From: an uncultured delta proteobacterium
Lineage (GTDB): Bacteria > Myxococcota_A > Polyangia > Polyangiales > Polyangiaceae
NCBI GenBank assembly: GCA_963806225.1
Contig: CAWDXG010000001.1
Location: 192,001-256,000, forward strand
Direction: 5' to 3'
Length of the DNA stretch: 64,000 bases
The position numbers and the translations under genes are program-made. The notes beneath the pieces are model-generated. The model made no database searches, was not told where the DNA came from, and worked only from the letters and a program-made list of their open reading frames with translations. The stretch's first letter is position 1; each line of letters opens with the position of its first letter. Below, piece after piece: positions 48,724-60,500 of the stretch.

Positions 48724-49625
48724 AAGGCTCCGCTGACCGACAGCCCCGCGTAGCCCCGGCCCAGCTCGGGGGTCACCACAGTGTGGCGTTTCGGTGTGTC
48801 GAGCGCGCTGGTGTTCTGCTCCGGCGGCGAGAGCAAGTACCAGACGACTCCGCCGACGGCGATCACACCGCCGGCGATTCCGACGCCGCCCCAGACGTTT
48901 CGTCCCGTGTTCGCACTGTCCGACTCGGCTTTCACCGTTGCCGGGTCCACGCCTTTGGGGCAGGCGTGCGCCACTGGCTTGCCGCTGGCGTCCGTGCCGG
49001 GGGGGCACTTCTTTGCGGCGTCCTGGAACTTGCCGTTCTCGACGAGGAAGCCAATGAGTCCAGCGATGCCGACAGCGCCGCCGCCGCCCGCCACGATCAA
49101 CGGCAGGATCGGACGCTTGCCGCCGCCGGTCGTCGGCGGGGGTGGAGCGCCGCTGCTGGTGGCGGTGGTCGACGCGCTCGCGCCGGCAGTGCCCGTTCCG
49201 GCCGGCGCGGCCGCGGTCGGCGCCTGCTTCTCCTTGGCGATCTTGTCCTCGAGCACCTCGATGCGCTTCTGGATCTGGTCGATCTGCGGCGAGTTGGGCT
49301 TGCGCTTGATGTACGTCTTCAACGCGTTGACGGCGTCGGGCTTCTGTCCGTTGAGCTCGTAGGCGCGCCCGAGATTCAACAAGAGGGCCGCGGCCGTGCA
49401 GTCGCGGCGGAAGGCGTCTTCCCAGTACGTGATCGCGCGTGCGTAGTCGCCCTCGTTGAACGACGCCTGCCCCGCCTGGAACGCGCCTTTCGCGCCGTTC
49501 ACGTCGGCTTCGGTCGGCTTGGTCGTGCACTCGGGGTACTGCTTGGGCTGCTGCTGGGCAAAAACCGCCGCCGGCGCGACGGCCAGCGTGATTCCCAGAA
49601 GCCACGGCTTCAGCGACCTGCGCAT
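48720..49625 (-). CDS. Secreted TPR protein with a C-terminal hydrophobic hairpin
   Basis: F..G...F..GDY..AI..W..A, LLNLGRAYE..G; ends LSVSGAF. Confidence 0.7.
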   Translation of the reverse strand: MRRSLKPWLLGITLAVAPAAVFAQQQPKQYPECTTKPTEADVNGAKGAFQAGQASFNEGDYARAITYWEDAFRRDCTAAALLLNLGRAYELNGQKPDAVNALKTYIKRKPNSPQIDQIQKRIEVLEDKIAKEKQAPTAAAPAGTGTAGASASTTATSSGAPPPPTTGGGKRPILPLIVAGGGGAVGIAGLIGFLVENGKFQDAAKKCPPGTDASGKPVAHACPKGVDPATVKAESDSANTGRNVWGGVGIAGGVIAVGGVVWYLLSPPEQNTSALDTPKRHTVVTPELGRGYAGLSVSGAF

Positions 49626-49837
49626 TCTCAAGGCTCCTCCAGAAGGCTCGACCAAGTGCGCGGATAGCATAGAGGTATGGCCTGTCTATCTCAAACCTTT
49701 CGCGCTCCGGCGCGCGGATGATTTCCCGGGGTTCCGGCCGCTGCTTGGCTCGCGGGACGGCGCCCGATACGCGATAATCCCGCTGCTTCGAACTCGCTGC
49801 TTGTCCCCGACGCCGATCCGGGGGCATCTTCCAGGCG

Positions 49838-51577
49838 GTGAACCGAGGCGCTCGTCGAAGCTGGGGGCTCTGGCTGGTGGTCGCCGTCGCGCTGGCCGTG
49901 GGAGCGCCTACGGCCGCGACGGCCCAGGGCCGACGTGACGCGGTGTCGCGGAAGCTGGAGTCCATCCGCCAGCAGATGGAGAAGGGACAGGGGCTCTTCG
50001 TCGCGGGCAGGTACGCCGACGCCGCAGCCGTGTTCGAAGCCGGGTTCAAGCAGTCTCCGTACTCGGCGTTCCTCTTCAATGCAGGTGTCTGCTACCAGAA
50101 GATGAACGACGTCGACCACGCGCTCGCGAAGTTCCGGCAGTACGTCCAGGTTGACCCCACGGCGCCCGACATCGACAAGGTCAAGGCGCGAATCGCGAAG
50201 CTTGCGGCTGCGCAGGCGCCCCCGCCCGCTTTGCCCGATGCCGGAGCTCCGGCCGCACCCGAGGCCGGAGCGGTGGCAGGCGACGCCGGTGCGCCACCGG
50301 GTGACGCCGGTGCGCCGCCAGGCGACGCCGGGCCTGCGCCGAGGGATGCTGGCCCACCACGGAAGCCCGTCGACCTTTCCGACGATCAGAACTCGATGAA
50401 ATCACTAGTGGTTGTCGAGACGGATCCAGCGGGGGCTCCGCTCGAGCTCTACGCCCGCACGCGCGATTCCGCCGCGGCGTTCCACGCGGGCGGGGCCAAT
50501 CCAGGTTGGAAGAAGGTGGCTGCCGCCGCCTCCCCCGCGAACTTCACGCTCGACGTAGGCCGCTACCACGTTGTCGTGAACAAGTTCCGCGACTTCAACA
50601 GGAGCGAGACCGACATCGACGTTTCGCCCGGACACGTCTACCACTTCAAGGCGAACCTTTCCCAGGGCGCCTTCATGTCGTTCCTGCGCGTCTCCGCGAA
50701 CGTGCGCGGAGCGCACATCTACCTCGACGACAAGCAGAAGAAGCACCCGGAGTGGGGGGTCACCCCGTTCGGGGAGCTGGTCACGCCCGGCAAGCACTCG
50801 ATCCTCGTCGAAGCGCCCGGCTTCGAGCCGCTGCTCCTACCCATCGTGGTCAAGCACGGGCAGCAGAAGGAGGTCGAGGCGAAGCTGGTGCGGGTCGGGT
50901 ACGGCTACATCCGTGTGACCTCCAACGCGGCCGAAGCAAGGGTCAGGATCGACGAGAAGCCGGTGGGCTACTGGAGGAGCGGCGAGCCGCCCTTGAGGGT
51001 CAAGGCTTCGTCCGGGCGGCACAGGCTCACGATCAGCGCTTCCGGGCGCAAGACGTTCGAAGGCGACGTCGTCGTGCCGCGCGGCCAGGTGCTGCCGGTG
51101 ACCGCGCGCATGATCCCGAAGTACCCGCGCGGTACGGCGTGGACGCAGGCGGTGATCGGGGCCGCGTTCATCGGCGCGAGCGCCTACTTCGGGGTGGAAA
51201 GCAATCGCCTCTACGACGCGGTCCAGGCCGATCGCAAAGCCGGCGTACTGGAAGAAAGCGACAGCCGTATCACGCGCGGCCGCTGGTACTCGATCGGCGC
51301 CGATGCCGGTTTCGTGCTCGGGGGCGCCCTGGGCGTGCTGGCCACCTACAACTTCATCAAGGATCCGCTTCCTGATTCGAGCATCAAGAAAGGCAAGCCA
51401 GCCGAATTCCCGGACCCAAAGAAGGCGCGCCCGTCGGCGCTGGTCCCCGGGCGCCGCGCGCGGCGCTTCGCGCGCGGTCGCCATCCGTCTCCGCCGAGGC
51501 AGCCCGCGCCGTCCTTCACCGTGGGTCCGATGCTTGGGCGACGCGGTGTCGGGTTCGGTCTGGGAGGGAGGTTCTGA
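49838..51577 (+). CDS. TPR + multi-PEGA domain protein
   Basis: FLFNAGVCY TPR, ETDPAGA, GVTP...PGKH.I.VEAPGF PEGA repeats; ends GLGGRF. Confidence 0.8.
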   Translation: MNRGARRSWGLWLVVAVALAVGAPTAATAQGRRDAVSRKLESIRQQMEKGQGLFVAGRYADAAAVFEAGFKQSPYSAFLFNAGVCYQKMNDVDHALAKFRQYVQVDPTAPDIDKVKARIAKLAAAQAPPPALPDAGAPAAPEAGAVAGDAGAPPGDAGAPPGDAGPAPRDAGPPRKPVDLSDDQNSMKSLVVVETDPAGAPLELYARTRDSAAAFHAGGANPGWKKVAAAASPANFTLDVGRYHVVVNKFRDFNRSETDIDVSPGHVYHFKANLSQGAFMSFLRVSANVRGAHIYLDDKQKKHPEWGVTPFGELVTPGKHSILVEAPGFEPLLLPIVVKHGQQKEVEAKLVRVGYGYIRVTSNAAEARVRIDEKPVGYWRSGEPPLRVKASSGRHRLTISASGRKTFEGDVVVPRGQVLPVTARMIPKYPRGTAWTQAVIGAAFIGASAYFGVESNRLYDAVQADRKAGVLEESDSRITRGRWYSIGADAGFVLGGALGVLATYNFIKDPLPDSSIKKGKPAEFPDPKKARPSALVPGRRARRFARGRHPSPPRQPAPSFTVGPMLGRRGVGFGLGGRF

Positions 51578-53016
51578 TGAAGCCGCGTGGCGTCGGATCG
51601 TGGGCGGGCAGGGGGCTCGTGCTTGTGTCGCTCCTGGCGGCGGCCTCGTGCTCCTGGACTCGTTTCAGTGACGTCCAGAAGAACGCTCCCAACGTCCTTT
51701 TGAAACAACCGAACAAGTTGAAGGCTGGTTTCGGTGGCGGAGTTGCTGCGGCGAGTCTGGAAGTGACCGACAAGAAGGGCAAAAAGGCGCTAGAGGTGCG
51801 GCTCCTGGCCACGGGCTCACCGGGGCAGTGGGGTGGCGCGGTCTACAACCTCGGCAGCTCCGATCAGCCGGGTCTGGACGCCGTCGACACCGGTCATTGC
51901 TCCGAGGGCGTGTGCAAGCTGGCCGCCGTTCCTGCCGCTCTGCCGTTCGCGGGCTCCAAGGCCGGTGACCTCCAGCTGTGTTTCGTGAGCGGGTTGATGC
52001 AGGAGCAGCTGCCGGACTACCCGGCGGGTCTGACCGTGCGCTGCGAGGACGACTCGGACTACTCGTTCGCGGCGCCGCCGGAAGTGAAGGCCAGCGTTAT
52101 CGATCCGGCGTTCAAACCGGACCTCGGGCTTGATCCGCCCAGGCTGGTGCTCGGCACGGACCACTCCGACCGCCCGGCGCTCGTGGCGGGAGTGCGGCTG
52201 ACGATGGGAAGCAACGTCGTGGCGCGTGCGTGGATCTATCCGCCGGAGAAGTTCGCGGCCGATGACACCCAGATCCTGAAACCGCCGGGCTCGTCGCTCG
52301 ACCCAGGCTATGCCAGCGCCGTGGCGGTGGCGCGTTTGCACGACGATACGCGCATCTTCGCGGTGGGCGCGCCGGGCACGCAGGACGGGAAGGTGTGGCT
52401 GTTCCGCATGGACCCGCAGGCGACCACGGCGACGCCGGTGGGCTGTCTCGGCGGCCCGGCGGGCTTTGGTCGCACGCTCACGAGCGGCATCGTCAATCGC
52501 GACGCGGACGAGGACCTCGTGGTGGCGGACGACCAGAATGTGAGCGTGTTCAGCGGCGAGGCGCTGGGCCAGCTGAACTCGCCTGCGTCCACCCAGTGCT
52601 CGCTCGCTTCGCTGCCTGCCGGTGCGCTGATCGCGTCGTTCGGGTGCGGCCAGACGCCGGCCATCACGGGTTGCGCGGGCTCGCGCTTCGGCGCGTCGCT
52701 GGCTGTCGGCGATATCGACGGCAACGGCGACGGAGAGGTGATCGTCGGGGCGCCGGACATGACGGTGCGCGGCACGCCGAACGCGGGCGCGCTGCTCGTC
52801 TACGATGTGAGCCAGGAGCACCCCGGGGTACTGACCGAGGCGGACTTCATCTCGTCCGCAGAGGACGGCGACCGCCTGGGCACTTCCGTGACCACGGCGC
52901 ACATCGCTGGGCCTCGCGATATCATCGCGGCCGGCGCACCCGGTCACCAGAAGGTGGCGCTCTTCTATTGCTCGAGGCTCCTGCCGGGGGACAAGCGCGG
53001 CGCGCGCTGCGAGTAG
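51577..53016 (+). CDS. FG-GAP (integrin-alpha-like) repeat lipoprotein
   Basis: Lipobox AASC; FG...[36 protein letters not shown]. Confidence 0.8.
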   Translation: MKPRGVGSWAGRGLVLVSLLAAASCSWTRFSDVQKNAPNVLLKQPNKLKAGFGGGVAAASLEVTDKKGKKALEVRLLATGSPGQWGGAVYNLGSSDQPGLDAVDTGHCSEGVCKLAAVPAALPFAGSKAGDLQLCFVSGLMQEQLPDYPAGLTVRCEDDSDYSFAAPPEVKASVIDPAFKPDLGLDPPRLVLGTDHSDRPALVAGVRLTMGSNVVARAWIYPPEKFAADDTQILKPPGSSLDPGYASAVAVARLHDDTRIFAVGAPGTQDGKVWLFRMDPQATTATPVGCLGGPAGFGRTLTSGIVNRDADEDLVVADDQNVSVFSGEALGQLNSPASTQCSLASLPAGALIASFGCGQTPAITGCAGSRFGASLAVGDIDGNGDGEVIVGAPDMTVRGTPNAGALLVYDVSQEHPGVLTEADFISSAEDGDRLGTSVTTAHIAGPRDIIAAGAPGHQKVALFYCSRLLPGDKRGARCE

Positions 53017-53047
53017 CCTGCGGCCGATTCCCGCATTCGAGGCTGTC

Positions 53048-54477
<1,430 letters not shown>

Positions 54478-54481
<4 letters not shown>

Positions 54482-55686
54482 CCGACGCGGGGGGCAGCTC
54501 CCGCGTCGGCCCGGGCCTGTTCCTGTTGCTCTGGTGCGTCGCGGCGCTGGCAGGTTGCCGGCATCACGACGAAAAGAAGAAGCCCACCGTAGCCTCCGCG
54601 TCGGCCCGGCCGGGGACGCCGCTCGGTCCGCCGCTGGCCGAGCCGCCGCCGCGCAAGGGGATGCTCTGGATCCCCGGCGGCGCGCTGGTTGCCGGCACGC
54701 CGCCCGATTCGCTGCCGCGCATCGCCGACGAGGAGATGCCCGGCGAGCAGGTCATCCTCAAGGGCTTCTACATCGACGCATTCCCGTACCCGGACGAGGA
54801 AGGCGCGATTCCACTCACCGGCGTGGACCAGGCGCATGCCAAGACGCTTTGCGAGGATCGCGGCGAGCGGCTGTGCTCGGAGCTCGAATGGGAGCGGGCC
54901 TGCAAGGGCCCGGACAACAAGACGTACGAGTACGGTGATCGCTACCGGGCGGACCGATGCGGCACGGGCTCGCCGCCTTCGATGCGCCCGACGGGGTTGA
55001 ACGTCGGCTGCCGCAGCGATTTCGGCGTCCGCGACCTGCACGGCGGCGTCTGGGAATGGACCGACAGCCCCTGGGGGCGCGGGACCGACGGAGATCTCGC
55101 GACGCTGCGCGGCGGCAACGCGCCGCTCGGCGAGCTCGTCGGGCGCTGTGCCAATGCAATGGGTCGCCCGTCCTCGACGCGCTCCGGAGCGATCGGATTC
55201 AGGTGCTGCGCGGGTCCGCGCAACGACGCCGAAGTTGTACTGAAGGTCGAGCGGGGGCGTCCGCTCGTCTACCACCCGAAGCTGGATCGCGACCTTGCGC
55301 GACGCCTTGTCCGGCATCTACCGGACAAGGCAAGAGCGGAGCTGGACCACCCGGACAAGCTCGATCTCGAACGGATGTGGACCTGGCGTCCCATCGGCAA
55401 CGAACAGCTGGTCGTCATGGGGGGCTGTGCCGGCGTCGGCGGGAATCCCCAGTGCGGGGTGCTGGTCGTGCGCGTCACGCTGGACCGACCGCACATTCTG
55501 GCCTGGGCGTCGAGCGGCCACTGGATACCGACTCTGCACAAAGATGTGCAGCCACGCGATCTGTGGCTGTTCGGAGGCGACGAGCTGGGTTCGTTCCGTC
55601 GCCTCGTGGCCTACGCATGGGGGCGCATCGACGTGGGGTCGAAAGAGCGGCGCATCCCCAGGCCCAGACGCAAGTCGCACCGCTAG
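54478..55686 (+). CDS. SUMF1/FGE-sulfatase-like domain lipoprotein
   Basis: Lipobox [37 protein letters not shown]. Confidence 0.82.
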
Positions 55687-55706
55687 CCCGGGCGCTCCCG
55701 CTTGCA

Positions 55707-56138
55707 CTACGGCGCGCGGCAGAGGGAGTCCACGCGCTCGGCTTCCGTTTTCTCGCTGCGAGCGAGATTGTCGACGCGCCGGCGTGCCCGATCCGACCGG
55801 GCGGTCTGCTTGGCTTGCGTGGCGTCGGCTAGCTCCCGGAGTGCTGCGGCGGTCTGGTTGAATAGGCTCGAAAGCTCGTCGACGGTTCTGCCGAGCTCGG
55901 GATTGTGGGTTGGACGCTGTCGTTCGATGTCGTTGGCCAGCGCTGCGTACCGCGCCGCGGCCTTGCGCAGTGCGACAGGCTGCTCCTGGCCGGCGCCTGC
56001 TTCCACCTGGTCGAGCGCTCGATTGACGGTGCGGGCCAGGTCGCGGCATTCCCGCGCCTTGGCCATGTGGGTGCAGCCGAGAAGGAGCAGTGCCGGGAGC
56101 GCCAGGCCGATTCGACGAGCGGACACGCCGCCCGTCAT
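55707..56138 (-). CDS. Small helical lipoprotein
   Basis: Lipobox LLGC; an N-terminal and a C-terminal Cys. Confidence 0.55.
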   Translation of the reverse strand: MTGGVSARRIGLALPALLLLGCTHMAKARECRDLARTVNRALDQVEAGAGQEQPVALRKAAARYAALANDIERQRPTHNPELGRTVDELSSLFNQTAAALRELADATQAKQTARSDRARRRVDNLARSEKTEAERVDSLCRAP

Positions 56139-56328
56139 AGCCGCTTGCCCTCCTGGTTGAAAGCTCCGGGACCACGCTGGCGGATCGACGCGCCACTCCG
56201 ACGTGCCGCTCGACAACTTCATGTGGAGCATCAATCCGTCGGGGGTGGGCACGGTGGCTCGGTAGCGTCGGGGCCGCTGCTGGAGAAGTCCGCTGGTCGG
56301 CGCACGCGCCGCGGTCTAGCCTTGGGGC

Positions 56329-57540
56329 GTGTCGCGGCTGCGCCCGATATTCAGGTCTTCCCTGGCTCTGTCCCTCGTGATGGCGCTCTTCGCCGCGGGC
56401 TGCCACGACGACAAGAGCCCACCCGGCAAGCCCAGCCTGCTGCGGCGCGGGCCGAGGCTGTCGGGCTCGCTTTCCCCGGCGGTGCCGAGCGGGCTGCCGA
56501 AGGACCTGGCGCGCCTGCTCGCGGACGGCGGCGCCCGGCGCGGTGGCGGAGCGAAGAAGCTTGCAGAGAAGGAGATAGCCCGCATCCGCGAGCACGATCT
56601 CACGCTCACGCCGCGCAGCGCGCCCGCACAGCAGATCGCGTTCGGGCGAGCGGCATTGGGTCAGCTCACGGGCGACGCGCTGGTGGTCCGAAGCACGAAG
56701 AGCTGGAAAGAGCAGGCGCGCGTAGCGATGAGCGCGCCACGTCGGCTGCTCGTGCTCGCGGACGGCAGCTTCCTGGCGCTGTCCGCGGCGAGCAGCTATC
56801 GGCTCGCGCCGGGCAAGAAGTCCCCCGAGCTCCATCCGCGCGTCACCCTCTTTCCCGGCTCCGTGGCGTTTGCAGACCGGCGGGACAAGCAGCACTTCTG
56901 GCTGCTCCACTCGTTCGACGAGACCCTCTACCAGTATCAGCTCGAGAGCGCGATCGGATCGCTGATGGGCATGGGAGATTTCGCGGAGCTCAAGGGCTTC
57001 GACCACCAGGCCTTCGCGGCGCTGAAGGATGGTTCCTTCCTGTATACGACCAAGGACGGTTTCCGCCGCTTCTACCCGAAGGGCAAGCAGTCCGACATGA
57101 AGGCGCCGCCCGGCGAGGGCAAGGTGTGGCGCCTGCTGACGACGAAGCGTCTCGATCGCGTCTGGGTTGCGCGGGGTGACGGCGAGCTCATGCTGGCGCA
57201 GCTCGGACCAGAGATGCGCGTCGTGAAGAAGATCGAGTTGCCCGCGACCTTGTTCGACATCGCTTCAAACGACAGCTACCTCGCGGCTCTTCGCGTCGAG
57301 CAGCCCGACGGTGGTCCGCGCCAGTGGAAGCTCGCCGTCTACGACGCCGACGGCAAGCAGCTCTTCGCGGCAACCCTGCCGGCCGAGCCGGCGCCGCCTG
57401 CCGGCGAGGACTGGGTGCGGGCCGTCACGCGGAACCGCTCCGTCGTGCTTGCGCCGCATGCGCCGCTGGTCGCGGTCGGCGGTCCCGGCGCCTTGATGGT
57501 GTGGGACATCAAGACGAAGAAGCAGGTGCTGTCACCCTAG
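56329..57540 (+). CDS. Lipoprotein, possible beta-propeller
   Basis: Lipobox AAGC; repeated short beta strands ending VWD. Confidence 0.6.
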   Translation: MSRLRPIFRSSLALSLVMALFAAGCHDDKSPPGKPSLLRRGPRLSGSLSPAVPSGLPKDLARLLADGGARRGGGAKKLAEKEIARIREHDLTLTPRSAPAQQIAFGRAALGQLTGDALVVRSTKSWKEQARVAMSAPRRLLVLADGSFLALSAASSYRLAPGKKSPELHPRVTLFPGSVAFADRRDKQHFWLLHSFDETLYQYQLESAIGSLMGMGDFAELKGFDHQAFAALKDGSFLYTTKDGFRRFYPKGKQSDMKAPPGEGKVWRLLTTKRLDRVWVARGDGELMLAQLGPEMRVVKKIELPATLFDIASNDSYLAALRVEQPDGGPRQWKLAVYDADGKQLFAATLPAEPAPPAGEDWVRAVTRNRSVVLAPHAPLVAVGGPGALMVWDIKTKKQVLSP

Positions 57541-60500
57541 CTTGCGGCGGCGCCTGCGTGTCCGCTCGCGGCGGCCGACAACCAGGCCGAGCCCGAGCAG
57601 AAGCAGCCAGCCGGCACCCGTGTCGTTGTCGGGCTCTGCCGGAACGCGGCAGCCGCAGCCGCCCTTCGTGTTGCTGTCGGCGCCCTTCTTGCCCGCCGCG
57701 CCGTCGATGCCGGAGTCGAGCAGGCCGCCCGCGCTGCCGCCGGAGGCATTGCCCGCTCCGCCGCCGAGGCCTCCCGCGCCGGCCGCGCCCGCCGCGCCGG
57801 CCGTGCCTCCCGCGCCAGCCATGCCCGCGCTGCCGCCTGTGGCCGTAGCTCCGCCGCCACCTGCCGCCCCGTCGAGGTTGGCGTCGAGACTGGCGTCGGA
57901 ACTGGCGTCACTGCTCGCATCCACGCCCGAGTCCGCCGCGTCGCTGCCCGCATCGGCGACGGCTGGCACGCAGGCGCCGTTGGGATCACACGCGAAGCCG
58001 TTCTGACAGTCTGCGTTGCTGCCGCACGACGTGCCGCAGCCCGCTCCGTTGCACACATACGGCGAGCAGTCCTGGGTCGTCGGCGGCAGGCAGGTGCCGG
58101 CCGAGTTGCACACCGCCAGCCCCGTGGCGACGCCGTTGTTGCACGAGCCGACGCCGCAGAAGGTCGCGCTGCCGGGGAACACGCACTTCGGCGTGGCCGT
58201 TCCGTCGCACTGCGCTCCGCACGGGCCCGAACCGCCGCAGGTCGGGCGCCCGCCGTGGGGCTGTCCGGCCACCGGTGCGCAGAAGCCCTGGCTGCCGGGC
58301 ACATCGCAGGCCTGGCATTGGCCGGAGCAGGCCACGTTGCAGCAGTAGCCGTCCACGCAGTGCGCGTTCGTGCATTGCGCATCGCTGCTGCACGGCTGCC
58401 CGTCCGGGAGCTCTGCCACGCACACGCCTGCCGAGCAGTACTTGCCCGCGCCGCACTCCGAATTCGTCGTGCAGCCGCCTGCACACAGGCCGGAGCTGTT
58501 GCAGCTGGCCGGGCATACCTGCTGCTGCATGGCGGGGCAGGTGCCGTCGCCGTTGCAGTACGCCGCGAGGGTCGCCACGCCGCCCGTGCAGGAAGCCGTG
58601 CGGCACTCGGTGCCCGTTGTCGGATAGGCGCAGCCGGTGCGGTCGCTGCCGTCGCAGGCGCCGTCGCAGGCCGTGCCGTCGCCGGTGCAGGCGGCGCGCG
58701 TGCCATGCGGTGCGCCGGACACCGCGCTGCAGGTTCCCTCGCTGCCCGCCACGTCGCACGCCTCGCACTGTCCGGTGCAGGCCTCGTTGCAGCAGTAGCC
58801 GTCCACGCAGACGCCCGAAATGCAGCTCCCGCTGCTCGAGCAGGCGTCGCCCACCTGCCGCTTCGGCGTGCACACGCCGCCAGCGCAGAACTGGCTGGGG
58901 GCGCAGTCCGTGTCGAGCGTGCAGTTGCCGGCGCAAGCCGTACCGGCGGTGTTGCACTGGAACGGGGCGCAGTCCTGCCGCACCTCGGCGGGACAGTGGC
59001 CGGTGCCGGTGCAGAACGCTTCAATCGTCGCGTTGTCGTTCGTGCAGCTTGCCTGCCGGCAGACCGTGCCCGGACCGGCGTAGGTGCAGGTGGAGGTAAG
59101 CTTGCCGTCGCAGGTGCCGCCGCAAAGCGAGCCATCCGTGATGCAGGCGGGGCGGGAGCCGTGCGGCGCACCCGTGACCGCAGTACAGGTGCCCACGCTG
59201 CCCGTCGAGTCGCAGGCCTGGCATTGTCCGGAGCAAGCGGCGTCACAGCACACGCCGTCCACGCAGAAGCCGCTCTGGCACTGGTTGCCCGCGCCGCAGG
59301 CCTTGCCATCAGTCGACTTCGGCTTGCACAGGCCGCCGGAGCAGAAGTAGCCGTCGGCGCACTGCACGTCGAGCGAGCAGTTCGCGAAGCACTGCGTCGG
59401 CCCGCAGGAGAACGGCGAGCAGGTCTGGGTCTGTTCCGCCGGACACGACCCGGAGCCGTTGCAGAACGCCTGCAGCGTGGCCACGCCGTTGGTGCAGGAG
59501 GGGCCCGTGCATTCCGTGGTACCGCCCGGGTAGAAACACTGGGCGGTGAGCGTGCCGTTGCAGTAGCCGTCGCAGGCGCTGCCGTCCGCGGCGCATGCGG
59601 CGCGGCTGCCTCGCGGCGCCCCGGTCACGGGTTTGCACACGCCCGGCGTCACGTCGCAGGCCTGGCACTGTCCGTTGCACGCGGTGTTGCAGCAGACGCC
59701 GTCCGTGCAGTGTCCGCTCGTGCACTGGTGGTTGGCGCTGCACGACAGGCCGTTCGCGACCTTTGGAACGCAGGACGAGCCGTTGCAGTAGTCGCCGACG
59801 ATGCAGTGCGTGTCGGCCGTGCAGCTCGTCCGGCATGCGGTGGCGCCGCACACGAACGGATCGCAGCTCTGGGTCTGCTGCTGGGGGCAGTCGACGCCGT
59901 TACCGGGGCAGTCCGCCGCCAGCGTCTCCACGCCGTTGGTGCAGGAGGCGGCGCGGCACTCGGTGGACGAGGACTTGAAGCTGTTGGAGGGACAGCTGGT
60001 ACTGCTGCCGTTGCAGTACTCGGCCACATCGCAAACCCCCTGCGAGGCGTTGCAGACGTGGGTGCTCGGCAGCGTCTGGCACTGGCCCACCGTGCCCGTG
60101 TTGCACGCCTGGCAGTCGTTGGGGTTGGTCCCGCCGCACGCGGTGTTGCAGCACACCCCGTCGACGCAATACCCGCTCGAGCACTCGTGGTTGGCGCCGC
60201 AGGTGGTTCCGCTCGACTTGAGGGGCTTGCAGGTGGGCGCGTCGCAGTAGTTGCCTGAAGCGCAGTCCCCGTCGACCGCGCAGCCTCCGAGGCAGGTGCT
60301 GCCCTGGCAGGTGGTCGGGCTGCAGTTCTGGGTTGTCTGGCTGGGGCAGCTGGCGCTGCCGCCGGAGCAGAAAGCCGGAAGGATGGCGGTGGTGCCGTTG
60401 AGGCAGCTTGCGGCTCGGCACTGCGTGGACGACCCCAAGAACCCGTCCACAGGGCAGGTCGTGCTGACGCCGTCGCAGAATTCGGCAACATCGCAGACGC